Shown here one piece after another: positions 13,001 through 23,765 of a stretch of 64,000 nucleotides of DNA (positions within the stretch are counted from its first letter, which is position 1; every line of letters starts with the position of its first letter). Location: positions 1,908,403-1,972,402 of the forward strand of contig NMRA01000013.1 of the NCBI GenBank assembly GCA_002633005.1, given 5' to 3'. The position numbers and the translations under genes are program-made. The notes beneath the pieces were generated by a model. It was not told the DNA's origin. It made no database searches and saw only the letters and a list, made by a program, of their open reading frames with translations. The DNA is from Phoronis australis. Its lineage: Eukaryota > Animalia > Phoronida.

Positions 13001-16000
13001 ATTCGAAGTTCAAAAAACCATCCACTTCAAACAAAATAAACAATTTTGAAACAATTTTTAAATTGTTTTGCTTTAAAAAGCTACTAAAAACCTGACGTTC
13101 TATCAAAGAACAAACTTTGGGTTTAGTCCACTAACTTACTGTTGCAACTGATCTCAATTTATTCCTTACTCATGTGAGTGATTTCTTTTTGGTAGGGACC
13201 GACAGTTCAACATTACTTGAGTTTATGCTTAGAAGATAAATCTACAAACTTGCGTATCTGTAAGTGGTCTAAAACGAAAGTTGTTTTTGCAGAAAGCATA
13301 TTTGTGAACTCGACCCGGAAAATAGCACAGGGCTGGTGTAAAATTGTAACAGTAAGTGTGAGTTTTTCTTGACATGTGCAAAGTCAAAACTGTCCCATGG
13401 CAATACTCGTACTAATGGGGTGTCCCAGGTTAAGTGCACGCAATAGCTATGCCTTTAATTTTGTTTTTCCAGATTGTATGCAGTAGGTTATCGAAACCCT
13501 CTGAAGATTTGAGAAAGGACATTTTGTCTGAATTAGAAGGTGAGTAGTAGAGTTACCTTACCGTCAACATGAGTTCTTTAATTAAAACATCTGATCAGTT
13601 TCATTCCATTTGTTCATTACATTTTGGCGATGTTTTTGAACCAAACAATTTGTCCAATAGTGTTTGTCTTGAACATAATGTTGTGTCACTTACATGTATG
13701 TCCCTCCCTCCCTCCCTCCCTCNGTTTTGAGGCAAGTCTTCCACTGTCAACAAATTTTATTCTCACATAATGATTGAAGGATAGCCTCAAATTACTGTGC
13801 ATCCTTTAAAAGCTGTAATACTAACAACCTTTATTTCAAGATCTTTGTTTGATTTTCAGTTTTTCAGGAGAATTGAAATATCTTCTTCTGTGTCTTTTTA
13901 GAAAAGTTTTATGTTCCATTATGGAGGTCTGATGACAACACTGTGATTGGAGAACCATGGTCACCTACCGAGGGTAGTGATTGGCCAACCAGTCCGACTA
14001 TCACAAGCCCGCTATCTCCCAGAATTAACGAAAGTGTTATGCGCGTTCGAGCATTAGCAGGTCCAATGTCGCCCAACAAGGTACAGGGTTTGTAGAATCT
14101 TTTCTACTTCTTTACAAGATGTATTTCAGAAATGACACGTCTCTGATGGCCTTTCTAATATCCCATGCTTACTGTACCCACCAAAATAACAGGATAAGAT
14201 ACGCACGCCATTTCAACGTAATGACATCCAATTTCATGTAACAGTGAAAATGATTTGCAATAACGCTTCATTGTGGCAGAATCCAAACAGAGTCTCCACC
14301 TTTCTGCTTAATCGGCTTGTGCCCAGCCGTCGTGAGCCATTCTGGTTCCATTTGTCTAAGCGTGTATTGTTGTTGTTATTTAAACAGAAATTTTCGATTT
14401 TCGAGGGTAAAAATCTGATATAGGTCTTATTTTAGTTTATAAGGCACAATACGTAGAAAAGCAAACAATTTTGTCAAATTGTATGTGTCTCCCACTGGAA
14501 CTTGCCCTAGTGGTTATGATTGGTCGTCAATGCAGTGTTTGATACAACCCGTTTCGACTCGTCACTGTGTCGAGTTTGAATTTTGCTGTGTCGAGTTTGG
14601 CTTACTTGCAACGAATTTGAAGTATTAAGGGATAAGTAAGTTCTTAGCAAATTAGGACATTTTGGACCAGTTCAATGCATTAATTCCAAGTTTTAATACA
14701 CAAACTTCCCACAGTATGGGCATGAAAACTTACATGAATTTTGAAGTTCCAGTTGCGTTTGAATTTTCTGTTGTAGAGAACACTATTATGTTCAATTCTC
14801 TCAAAATGTGTCCTGTTTAGAGCTACAATTCACATTGACTAGCTTTTTAGGTATCATCTCCTAAAGATATGTTAAACTTAGTTTTGACATAGTGGACACT
14901 TAAAAAAAATAACCTCATAATTCCGATAGCGTGCCAGGAACTGATGCAATAATTAAAAAGTAAAAAATTATTAGCCTGTTTTAGAAATCTTTGAAACTTA
15001 CTTGTTTTAAAGGTTGTCTAGATGTATGCATAGTGTAAATAGAGAAATACATGGCCACTTCACGTGACATAGGAAATACACTGTAAAGAGGTCGGTGATG
15101 ACCGTTCATATTGCAGAGTCGAAGTGGATGCAAGTAACTCTGTGGTAGTTATGGTTCTGTTTATGTATATGTAGGTGTTGGTCGTCTTTCAGGCAATTGA
15201 ATTCCATCGTAATTGGTCGACACCACCTAGAGGCTGTAGTTTAGCAGACAAGAAGTCATTTCATGAAATTCGCAGACAGGATAATGACAAAGGCTTTGAG
15301 AGGATTGGACGGTAATCTTTTTTGAAACGACATCAAATCTGTACATTTTGCCAAAAACTTCAACTTTCTATTTGGGTCACTTATTGTTCTTTATTCAATC
15401 AAACTTGTTTTTGACAGAAAGCACAGGTTTAATGCTAATTTAATGAACTTTGACCTTTGAACTATGTTGCATGAAAAACAGTGTTTATGTACTCACAAAC
15501 GTACGTGCATATTATCATATTCTTGCCCGTCTTGCACTGGCCATTTTTAATGTGCCTGTAGATCTCCTGAAGTCTTTGATGGATTCTTGGAAATTTGGCA
15601 CAGAGGGAATTCAGTTCATTTTAAAGAGGCATATCTGAGTCCGTTTCATGAAATGTGACCTTAAGACATAAGGCAGATATTTGGTCTTATGCTTCCACGT
15701 CATAAATACTGAACACAGTCGTAGTCAAGTAATTATCAGAGTCTAGAAATAATTTATAGAAATTGTTTCACAAATTAACAGTCGTGTGTATATTCTTAAA
15801 GAATGCGCTTCTGCTCAAAGGAGATTTGTGATTCTCAAAATTGTTTTGTGGAGCGTAAGACCGTAATTATATGAGCATGTCACAGTCAAGAAATAATATA
15901 TAAAAAATATCTCAGAAACAAACAGTTATGTGTATATTCCCAAAGACTGCACTTTTGCTCAAGTGAGATTTATTTTTTTCCGAAATTTTTGTGTGGAGAA

Positions 16001-18980
16001 TAAAACCACAATTATGAGCACATCACAGTCTAAAAATAAACTATATTCAAAACAGGCACCTGTGTATATTAAGTCATTAGCAATCATTTCAAGATTTTGT
16101 CATTTTTAAAGATGTATTATGAGGTCAAACTGTCGAGGTCTGGGTGAAAGATGGCCTTCTTCTAAATTATTCGAATACCACATAATATGTGTTTGCGTTC
16201 TTGTCAGTTCTTTAGTATTTAGCTTGAATCTTGCATGATACTGAACTTAATCCCTTTCTCATGTAGTGACCTGGCTCATAACTTAAACACACCGTGGCTC
16301 GAGTACTGGCCATTTCTGGACTGCTGTGTGGACATTACCAGTGTCGCTGGTATGGACAAACTGGATAGGTATTTGGAGAAGAAAAGTTTGGAAATCTCCG
16401 ATAGTGCTGGTTGTCAGATAAGAAACACAACACCAGAGAACATCTGTGTGGCCGGCGATCACAGTCTGAAAACTCCAAATTCTCTTGACAGGAAGTTGGA
16501 TGATGTCATCGATAAATTTTCGAGTTTACAAATACATAGCCCTGGAGGGGATTCAGCCAATGAAAGTTGTGCTAGCTTTGAAGGCAACTCCTATAAAGAA
16601 AAATCTACCTTGCAGGTTAAGTGTCCTGCTGACAAAACTACTATGTCTCAGCCCAAACAGGGGACACATTTGTCTCTAGAATATATCATCCCAGCTCTGT
16701 CACCTGCTCTGAAGCTTATGAGGAATGTCTTGAGGAACTTTTGGTGGAGACGAGATGACACGGAAACGCATTTTGCTCAAAGAACGGAGAGCCTGCCGCA
16801 AACAATGTCTGAAAACAAGGATGAGACGGATGCCACCTGCAGGACTCCTGAGAAACTATCCAGTGCCAAACTGCTGCCTGTCTATATAAATGGGTAAGGA
16901 TTTCTTCCGGTAAACATTCTTCAGATTATTATACCATTACACACATGGTCTGCACGCTACCTGTTGACCGCATCACGAGACCTAATGATCATATGTCTGA
17001 AAATATTTCTGCCCCGACCAGGACTGGCACCCGGTAGCTTATGTGAACCGTGCAGCCACTCTAGTCCACTGAGCCATTGGAACCACTGGACGAATACAGG
17101 AATCCATTCAGACTAAATAGTATTGGGTTAGGGTATCCTGCCCATAAAATCCTGAGTGAATATAAATATGTAAATTTTGAACATGTCAGGTCTGCACGAC
17201 ACCTGTTGACCACATCACCTGACATAATGACATGTGGTGTGCAGACCTGACTTAAACATTTTAGAAATAGGCAATAATGGCCTTCCTCGATTCAAGAATT
17301 ATGATCAGTAGCAAAGGATCATTTATCGTGATGTTTCACAGGACAAGGACTTGTGAAAATGTTGTGCCGGTGGTTTTGCTTTGAAATTTGTCTCAACTGC
17401 CATGTTTATTTTCAGACTCTGTTGATAAAAAATGCAATGTGTGATATTTGAAATTTGATGAACGCCAAAATCGCCTATGTTCCAAACTTCAGAATCAAGA
17501 AAATTCAATTTCGCTTTGAATTTAGGTGTCCCAAATTTTAGAGACTGACCCAAACTGGAGAATTTTCCCATACATTGTGACAACAGTATCAGAGGTTTAA
17601 CGTGTCTCCACTGACTTTCGTCATAAATTTTCCTTACAGAGCTGTGCCAACTAAGAGTGACTTGGATGTCTTACGAGCTTTAGGCTCAGTCGATATTCCA
17701 GAACAACTGGTGAATGTGATTCGATGGAAACAACTTGTAACAAAGAGCTCTGATGAAGAACGTAGAGGGTAATATATTACTGACCTTGCTCTTATCTCAG
17801 TACTATTGACAGTAACTAGATGCACTCCTTGGAAATGTTGTTAAAAGTGCATTATCGGTTTTATGGCCTACAAATGCAGTTTTTGGGAATATTTTTGGCT
17901 AGGATATACTTCTTGAAGTCATTAGCTTTGACAAGAGCTAAAAAATAACCAAATCTGTTGTTTTTGTGATTTTACTCAGAAAATCAACTTTTTTGCTGAA
18001 AATGTCCCTTTAGCCAACCATGTGTTTTTCATTTTACTGGCAGTGCTCTTGCGTGTGATGCAGTGTCATTAGTGACCCCTTGTGAAGTGCACAACTATGT
18101 TTATTTGGCTTTTAGGAAACAAAAGTTAAGAGACCTTTAAGTAGCAACGTACAGGTTTTAAAATTAGTCCATGCACTGACCAGCTGTTTTGGCCTTACCA
18201 GTATTTTCTGTCATATGTTTATTTGTATTAAAAGCCTCTGACCCAAAGTACTGTAAACAAATATTAAACAGGCACATTTGCACATGCAGTCAACCCATTT
18301 AAGAGTTAGCCAGTAGTTGTATTGTAACTCCTCACTAAATGATAACTGGTTTTGTTGAACAATTAAGTATTTTAGATATTCGCGCATTTGCATAGTTATA
18401 CATGTCAGGTGTGGTAAAAATGTTCTGTGGCGTCCCCCTGTATATTTCAGATGGTTTCTCTTAAATAGTTCTCTACATGTTTAATAGGTGTTCTTTTCTA
18501 AAAATGGGTCCCGCCGAAAAACCTTGATACATGCCGGAAATATGGGCAAGATGTCAATACTTTCTCGACTTGAGATCTTAAAAAGGACCGTTGAAATATT
18601 TCAAGTTGATTACTTGTCAATTTTGTCTCACTCGTTAAAATTGAAATGTAAGGAGTTCACTTGCTAAAGCCAACTTAATAACTGACATGAAAGATTAACT
18701 TCTAAACCGTCTTGATTTTTAAAAGTTTTCCAATAAATGCATACTTTTAAGTGGGAGTGCTCCAATTCAGAGAGGTTTCCAGCGAATAATAATTTGACTT
18801 TCTTGATGTAGAGTCTTAATATATCATTAATTCTGTCTCCTCCATTTCAGTTGGCGCACCCCTTGCCGGCCTGTGCCCAGGGATACTAAGGTACTAAGAA
18901 GATCCAAACTCACACTGACTTCCTCACAGGATGTGCAGACCAATTTAATGGACCAGTTCTCGTCCATGGAAGCTTCTTGA
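7095..18980 (+). CDS. ANKLE2: Ankyrin repeat and LEM domain-containing protein 2 (LEM4; PP2A/VRK1-BAF regulator), about 782 aa
   Basis: Exons: 7095-7545, 8415-8575, 9545-9718, 10495-10683, 12513-12635, 13473-13539, 13902-14080, 15193-15311, 16267-16893, 17640-17768, 18851-18980 (2349 nt, all GT-AG, in frame, TGA stop). Motifs: LEM-like N-terminus (LTMTEILTELRKFG...ILERKL); caulimovirus-like domain (VFTDKSDALNIVKKVKGSRFKSFRSRDEAASF); [52 protein letters not shown] ankyrin repeat; YVPLWRSDDN...IGEPWSP; AGPMSP; DKGFERIGRDLA...WLEYWPFL; PTKSDLDVLRAL...W. Confidence 0.95.
7715..7841. mobile_element. Palindromic hairpin MITE, family A, copy 1 (ANKLE2 intron 1)
   Basis: Arms GATGGGCACTAGTCAGATATAATGGACCCTGATTTAGAGAACCAG and CTGGTTCTCTTAATCAGGGTCCATTGTATCTGACTAGTGCCCATC are near-perfect reverse complements. 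Confidence 0.75.
8937..9164. repeat. Minisatellite, 73-bp unit x3
   Basis: ACAGT(A/G)ACTCAAAGT(T/C)CGTCACAG...CCCTTATTCCTG starts at 8937, 9010 and 9083, with a partial copy at 9156. Confidence 0.95.
10700..10803. mobile_element. Palindromic hairpin MITE, family A, copy 2 (ANKLE2 intron 4, about 16 nt after the donor)
   Basis: AATAGTCTCTTAAAGGGGTCCCGCATTTTGAGAACCAGTTT ... AAACTGGTTCTCAAAAGTCTGAACCCCATTAAGTGACTATT. Confidence 0.7.
13701..13723. repeat. (CCCT)n microsatellite ending at an N (assembly junction)
   Basis: tccctccctccctccctccctcn. Confidence 0.85.
15735..16070. repeat. Degenerate tandem repeat, about 130-145-bp unit x ~2.4
   Basis: TGTGTATATT recurs at 15785, 15929 and 16061, with shared flanks (CAGTC..AAATAA, TGCTCAA..GAGATTT, GTGGAG..AATTAT..GAGCA). 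Confidence 0.7.
17003..17082 (-). mobile_element. tRNA-derived SINE head / tRNA-like pseudogene in ANKLE2 intron 9
   Basis: The minus strand reads CCAATGGCTCAGTGGACTAGAGTGGCTGCACGGTTCACATAAGCTACCGGGTGCCAGTCCTGGTCGGGGCAGAAATATTTTC. It has a Pol III A box (TGGCTCAGTGG) and a degenerate B box (GGTGCCAGTCC), but no intact cloverleaf. Confidence 0.6.
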
Positions 18981-19202
18981 CATTCTTGTGATGCCCCTTG
19001 TGAAATGTCGACTAACAAACAATAAGTTTTACCCCGCAATATGTTGTTCGTCAGGTAAAATGGCAGCGTGGAAACAAAGGTGTATCAAGAATGCTGCATT
19101 CTGATTGGTCAGTTAAGCCGTCACTCAAAGTCCTGGCGATAGGTCAATTCACAAGTGGCACTAAGTCATTATGTAATCAGGAATGGAGCAGATCTCCTCG
19201 CC

Positions 19203-19306
19203 AATAGTCGGATATAACGGGCCCGTATTTTGATAACCAGTTTCGTACCTGTTATTCAGTGGAGAAAACTGGTTCTCAAAATTCGGACACGTTATGTCCG
19301 ACCATT
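19203..19306. mobile_element. Palindromic hairpin MITE, family A, copy 3 (ANKLE2 presumed 3' UTR)
   Basis: AATAGTCGGATATAACGGGCCCGTATTTTGATAACCAGTTT ... AAACTGGTTCTCAAAATTCGGACACGTTATGTCCGACCATT. The loop TTATTCAGTGGAGA is the reverse complement of the copy-2 loop TCTCCACTGAATAA. Confidence 0.75.
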
Positions 19307-20550
19307 ACCAATTTCCTCACTAGGATTAAGTTAAGGTTATGCAGGACCTTAAAAAATGTCCAAATTCAACTCACTTCCAGATGCTGGGTATCAGAAGTGG
19401 CCCTTCAGATTCTCATGAAACTTTCAGATGCAATGCTTTATGCTGAAGAGAATTTGTTTTTAGAATATTCCGCTTTCGCTTGAGAGGCTATCATGAAGTA
19501 GGATTTCTTTGATTTTCATGAAAAAATTCACAAGTTGTCTAGAGTGCAAACAAAATGGTAATTTAGGAAACTAAGAGCGTTTTTGAGATTTCATGATGAA
19601 TATTTACATGAAGTTAAATTTGGTCGTGTTATTGAGTGCTGTTGTCAGTGTACCTTTATGTTTTGCTAAATTCTATTAAAAGACGTGGTCACATGGCCCT
19701 GACATGTTGTTGAAAAGTCAAAAAATTGATTTTTCTTGCTTTCTACTTATATTTTTACCGAGTTAAAATCTATAGTTTTGTAAATATTTGGCGAAACACA
19801 CACAAGCTCGTCGAGTTGATAAAGTCCTACATAACCTTAAAATGAGATTATGCATCCACACGGGTTCATAGCAAATGTTACTATTCTGTTGGGACATGTT
19901 TCGTTTTAATGACGAGTCTGTGTTTTGTTTTGAAATTGCATTTGTCAGAAAAGAAAATAATACCAGTTTTGAAATGAGACAAGTTAACACTTGCAGTCTC
20001 CAGCGTACCTTGGTTGAAGCTCGCTGGCTGTATTTTTGTAGTGTTAAGCTGTCTTAAACTTTCTTAAAGGAACATATCACTTTTACAGTCAAAAAATGCA
20101 TTTATGGGATTGCTGTTAGATAAGATGGATTTCTTGAAATTATTCAGGGCTTGGAACTCCACTTTTATGAAGATTTCCTCTTTTTTGATTTTGATTTCCA
20201 GTCTCCTCTTTTCCATCTCTTTTTATCATTTTTTTGACTTTATTTGTGTAAAAATGTTTATTTCAGTTAAATTTTACAACACAAAAAATATTTCTATCAC
20301 AAAAGCCTGTTTGTGGAATGATAGATTACCTGGAAATTTTTCCTCTTTGTCAGTGGTCATTCCAAGCTCTGATTATTAGCTTTGATCAGAGCTATGAAAA
20401 AACAAAATCTGCTGCTTGTGTGATTTTATTACAAATTGCCAATTTCTGAAGTTGTCTGCAACCAGTGCTAGTGAGTTAAATGTGCTTAAAGTAATCTGCC
20501 ATATATTCAGTGGGCTTTAGTCCCAACCAGCTGGTCATTGGGCCGTGACG

Positions 20551-22025
20551 GTAGAATTTGCATGCTCGATTTTTTCTGGCTGAAAATGTCTCTAACTTTG
20601 TTTAGTGATGAAACTTGTTACACCTTCAGAATCGTGTGCAGTCTTGCTTTGACATTCCATTGGTGCTAATAGTTAAGTGGTTGGAGAGGCCATGTACACA
20701 CTGAGTGGTTTATTAAAGTGGTACATTTCCGTTATTTGTTGGAAATGTCATTCTGTCAAAACTAGAGCTAATCTGTGATTCGTTATCAGTTTGTGAAGCG
20801 TGATGATTGTGCATTAAATGTGGATAGAGATCTGTTTTTTATGTTCTGTCAAATATCTACATACGGTATAAGACGGAAGCAATCGGATATTTCCCCGTCA
20901 TGGTAGTAACTATTAGGATAGCAAAATTTTTATCACAAAATGGCTTAGCCTTTCAATTTCCCATCATTTTCAGAAGACTACTCTGACAACGAATTCGGCT
21001 TTTGCCCAGTTGCTGTGACGGGGATTGAATTCAGGGTCATTTTGTTTGAATACTTTTGGTGTGTACTGCAAGTATATGTTATGTAGTTCCTTTTTAGGTT
21101 ATCAATATGGCTAGTCAACATTCCTTTTCTTCTTGGTTATTTTTTAAACACAGTAGAGTTTGTTTGTTGCTTCTGAGATTGTGTTAGCCACCTTGTTATG
21201 TTAGTTTGAAGATGGTAATTTTAACTAGAACTTAACATCGCTGTGTATTCCTGTCCTGTACATAGTGATGAGCTTGCTTTTGCATTNGGTAGAATTTGCA
21301 TGCTCGAATTTTTCTGGCTGAAAATGTCTCTAACTTTGTTTAGTGATGAAACTTGTTACACCTTCAGAATTGTGTGCAGTCTTGCTTTGACATTCTATTG
21401 GTGCTAATAGTTAAGTGGTTGGAGAGGCCATGTACACACTGAGTGGTTTATTAAAGTGGCACATTTCCGTTATTTGTTGGAAATGTCATTCTGTCAAAAC
21501 TAGAGCTAATCTGTGATTCGTTATGAGTTTGTGAAGCGTGATGATTGTGCATTAAATTTGGATAGAGATCTGTTTTTTGTGTGCTGTCAAATCTCTACAT
21601 ACGGTATAAGACGGAAGCAATCGGATATTTCCCCGTCATGGTAGTAACTATTAGGATAGCAAAATTTTTATCACAAAATGGCTTAGCCTTTCAATTTCCC
21701 ATCATTTTCAGAAGACTACTTTGACAACGAATTCGGCTTTTGCCCAGTTGCTGTGACGGGGATTGAATTCAGGGTCATTTTGTTTGAATACTTTTGGTGT
21801 GTACTGCAAGTATATGTTATGTAGTTCCTTTTTAGGTTATCAATATGGCTAGTCAACATTCCTTTTCTTCTTGGTTATTTTTTAAACACAGTAGAGTTTG
21901 TTTGTTGCTTCTGAGATTGTGTTAGCCACCTTGTTATGTTAGTTTGAAGATGGTAATTTTGACTAGAACTTAACATCGCTGTGTATTCCTGTCCTGTACA
22001 TAGTGATGAGCTTGCTTTTGCATTC
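20551..22025. repeat. About 737-bp direct tandem duplication separated by a single N; probable haplotype-overlap assembly artefact
   Basis: 20551-21286 and ~21289-22025 are near-identical, differing by scattered single-base changes, and the junction is the N at 21287. Confidence 0.9.
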
Positions 22026-23099
22026 TGCATGTACCTTGGAAGTTTTATGGAGTTTACTTCAACAAATGCTGTACTTTTGTTTCGTTTACTTAAGACATTG
22101 TCTTGCGCTTGTGTCAAAAAATCTGAAACGGAAACAGTAAATTCAATCCTGTAATTTATGCATTCTATCCCATAATTCATCATTCTAAGCTTGCTGACCA
22201 ATCATTTCAGTGGTTGTCGTTTTGTGCTGCTAGCGTTAGCCAGGGTACACTAGTAATGTTTTGTGCATACTCACCAAACACTTTCACTTGTCTGATTTTA
22301 CATGATCTTACTTTTCTGGAAAAAAAATGGTCCCCCGAATCCTACCCTGTATAAACACATGTTTGTATAATGAGCGGCTTTTGCTGGTCTTGCAACTTGG
22401 GCGAGCAAAGAAAATCTCTGTGCTCCAGGACAGGACAATGATTGATAACTGGCATACCGGCATCAGTGAGTTGACACTGTGGTAGTGTTCTACATTGTTC
22501 CAGGGGAAAATCCACCCAAGCCTTTCGTTAAAGTCCACGCATTGGTCTCTGGCCACTCACTGTAAATTGGACTCACGTTGTTCCTTTCTCAGGATTAGAA
22601 ATGATTTCTAGGTTTGAGAAGAACCGACAAGGATTCGTTATTGCTGCTGTCCAGTGTTATGAAGTGTACTTGTCACAACCAATGTTTAGGATAAGAATCA
22701 TGACCTTGGTACCGAAGGGCAAATTCAGCGATGAATTGAAGAAAGTCATTTGGACACCGTGACAGCTTCTTCAGAGTGAACTGTTGACTGTGGGGTTGTT
22801 TAATTTAATGTTTAGTTCTCAGTACTCTCTGGATAAGTGTGTGCAATAAATAGTGACAACAAGTGGTTGCTTCAGGTACTGCTGATTTTTCACGCTTTAG
22901 GGACGAGACATTTAAACTTTGGGTCAAAAGTAGGACAACGAAGAGGACTCGGAAATTGTCTTTGCGTCAATCGTCTGTTAAAATTTATAGTCGCCGACAA
23001 ATGTACATGCGATACTCGGAGTGTTGTGGAGACCCCGGCTGGGGTACATAAAAACTAACTTATCCACTAAATATTTGACTGTCGCACGAAGCTTTCTTC

Positions 23100-23765
23100 A
23101 ACCATCATGGCAACGAGACGTGCGATCGTGTGACGTCAAACCCAAGGCCTAAACTCCGAACTGAGATTCCAATATTGCTCTCAGTCTCGAAAATTAACCA
23201 ATCACACAGCATTATTCGAGTACAATGCAAGTTTACCCGAAGCGTGTCATGCAATTTGGTCAATTTCCGTTTCGTGTACAGAAATTACGCCTACGGTTCA
23301 TTAACTTGAAACCTGGGCCCAGTTGCATAAAACTTACACGCCATATAGCAACAATGACGTCGCATTATCACGCGTCACGTTGTTGTTGTTGAACAATGCA
23401 CCTGACGTCATGCAACAATCATCCAGCAGATAACTTTTGAAGCTTTATTAGCCCTGAGTTTTACGATACTGTCATTCTCAGTGCATCGAAACGGAGAATC
23501 TTTTTACCAAAATGTGTAAGAGTCTGTGCATGACCAAGGAATCCAACGCCAGCGTCCTTTTTCGTCGCGGTGCGGCCGGGCCAGAAAATTGTTGCGAGGG
23601 CCGTGCTTAAAGTTTAGTAAGAAGTTCCTGTACTGATCAAGTCGTAGGAAAAGCTTCAAAAAATTGAACAACAATGACACGTGCTGAGTGATTTACGCGC
23701 ATCTAGTATAAGGCATGAGAAGCTATTCGACTGCGGGTTTGAGAGAACTAGATGTCAGGTCCACA
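23100..23765 (+). promoter_or_regulatory. Putative promoter of the EGF-TM gene with CRE sites and a TATA-like box
   Basis: TGACGTCA at 23131 and 23403, TGACGTCG at 23355, CCAAT at ~23198, and TATAAG at ~23707, about 60 nt upstream of ATG 23766. Confidence 0.4.

Noticed and set aside
17003-17082. Functional tRNA gene
   Set aside because: The B box and T arm are degenerate, with no proper acceptor stem or anticodon arm. It is treated as a SINE or pseudogene.
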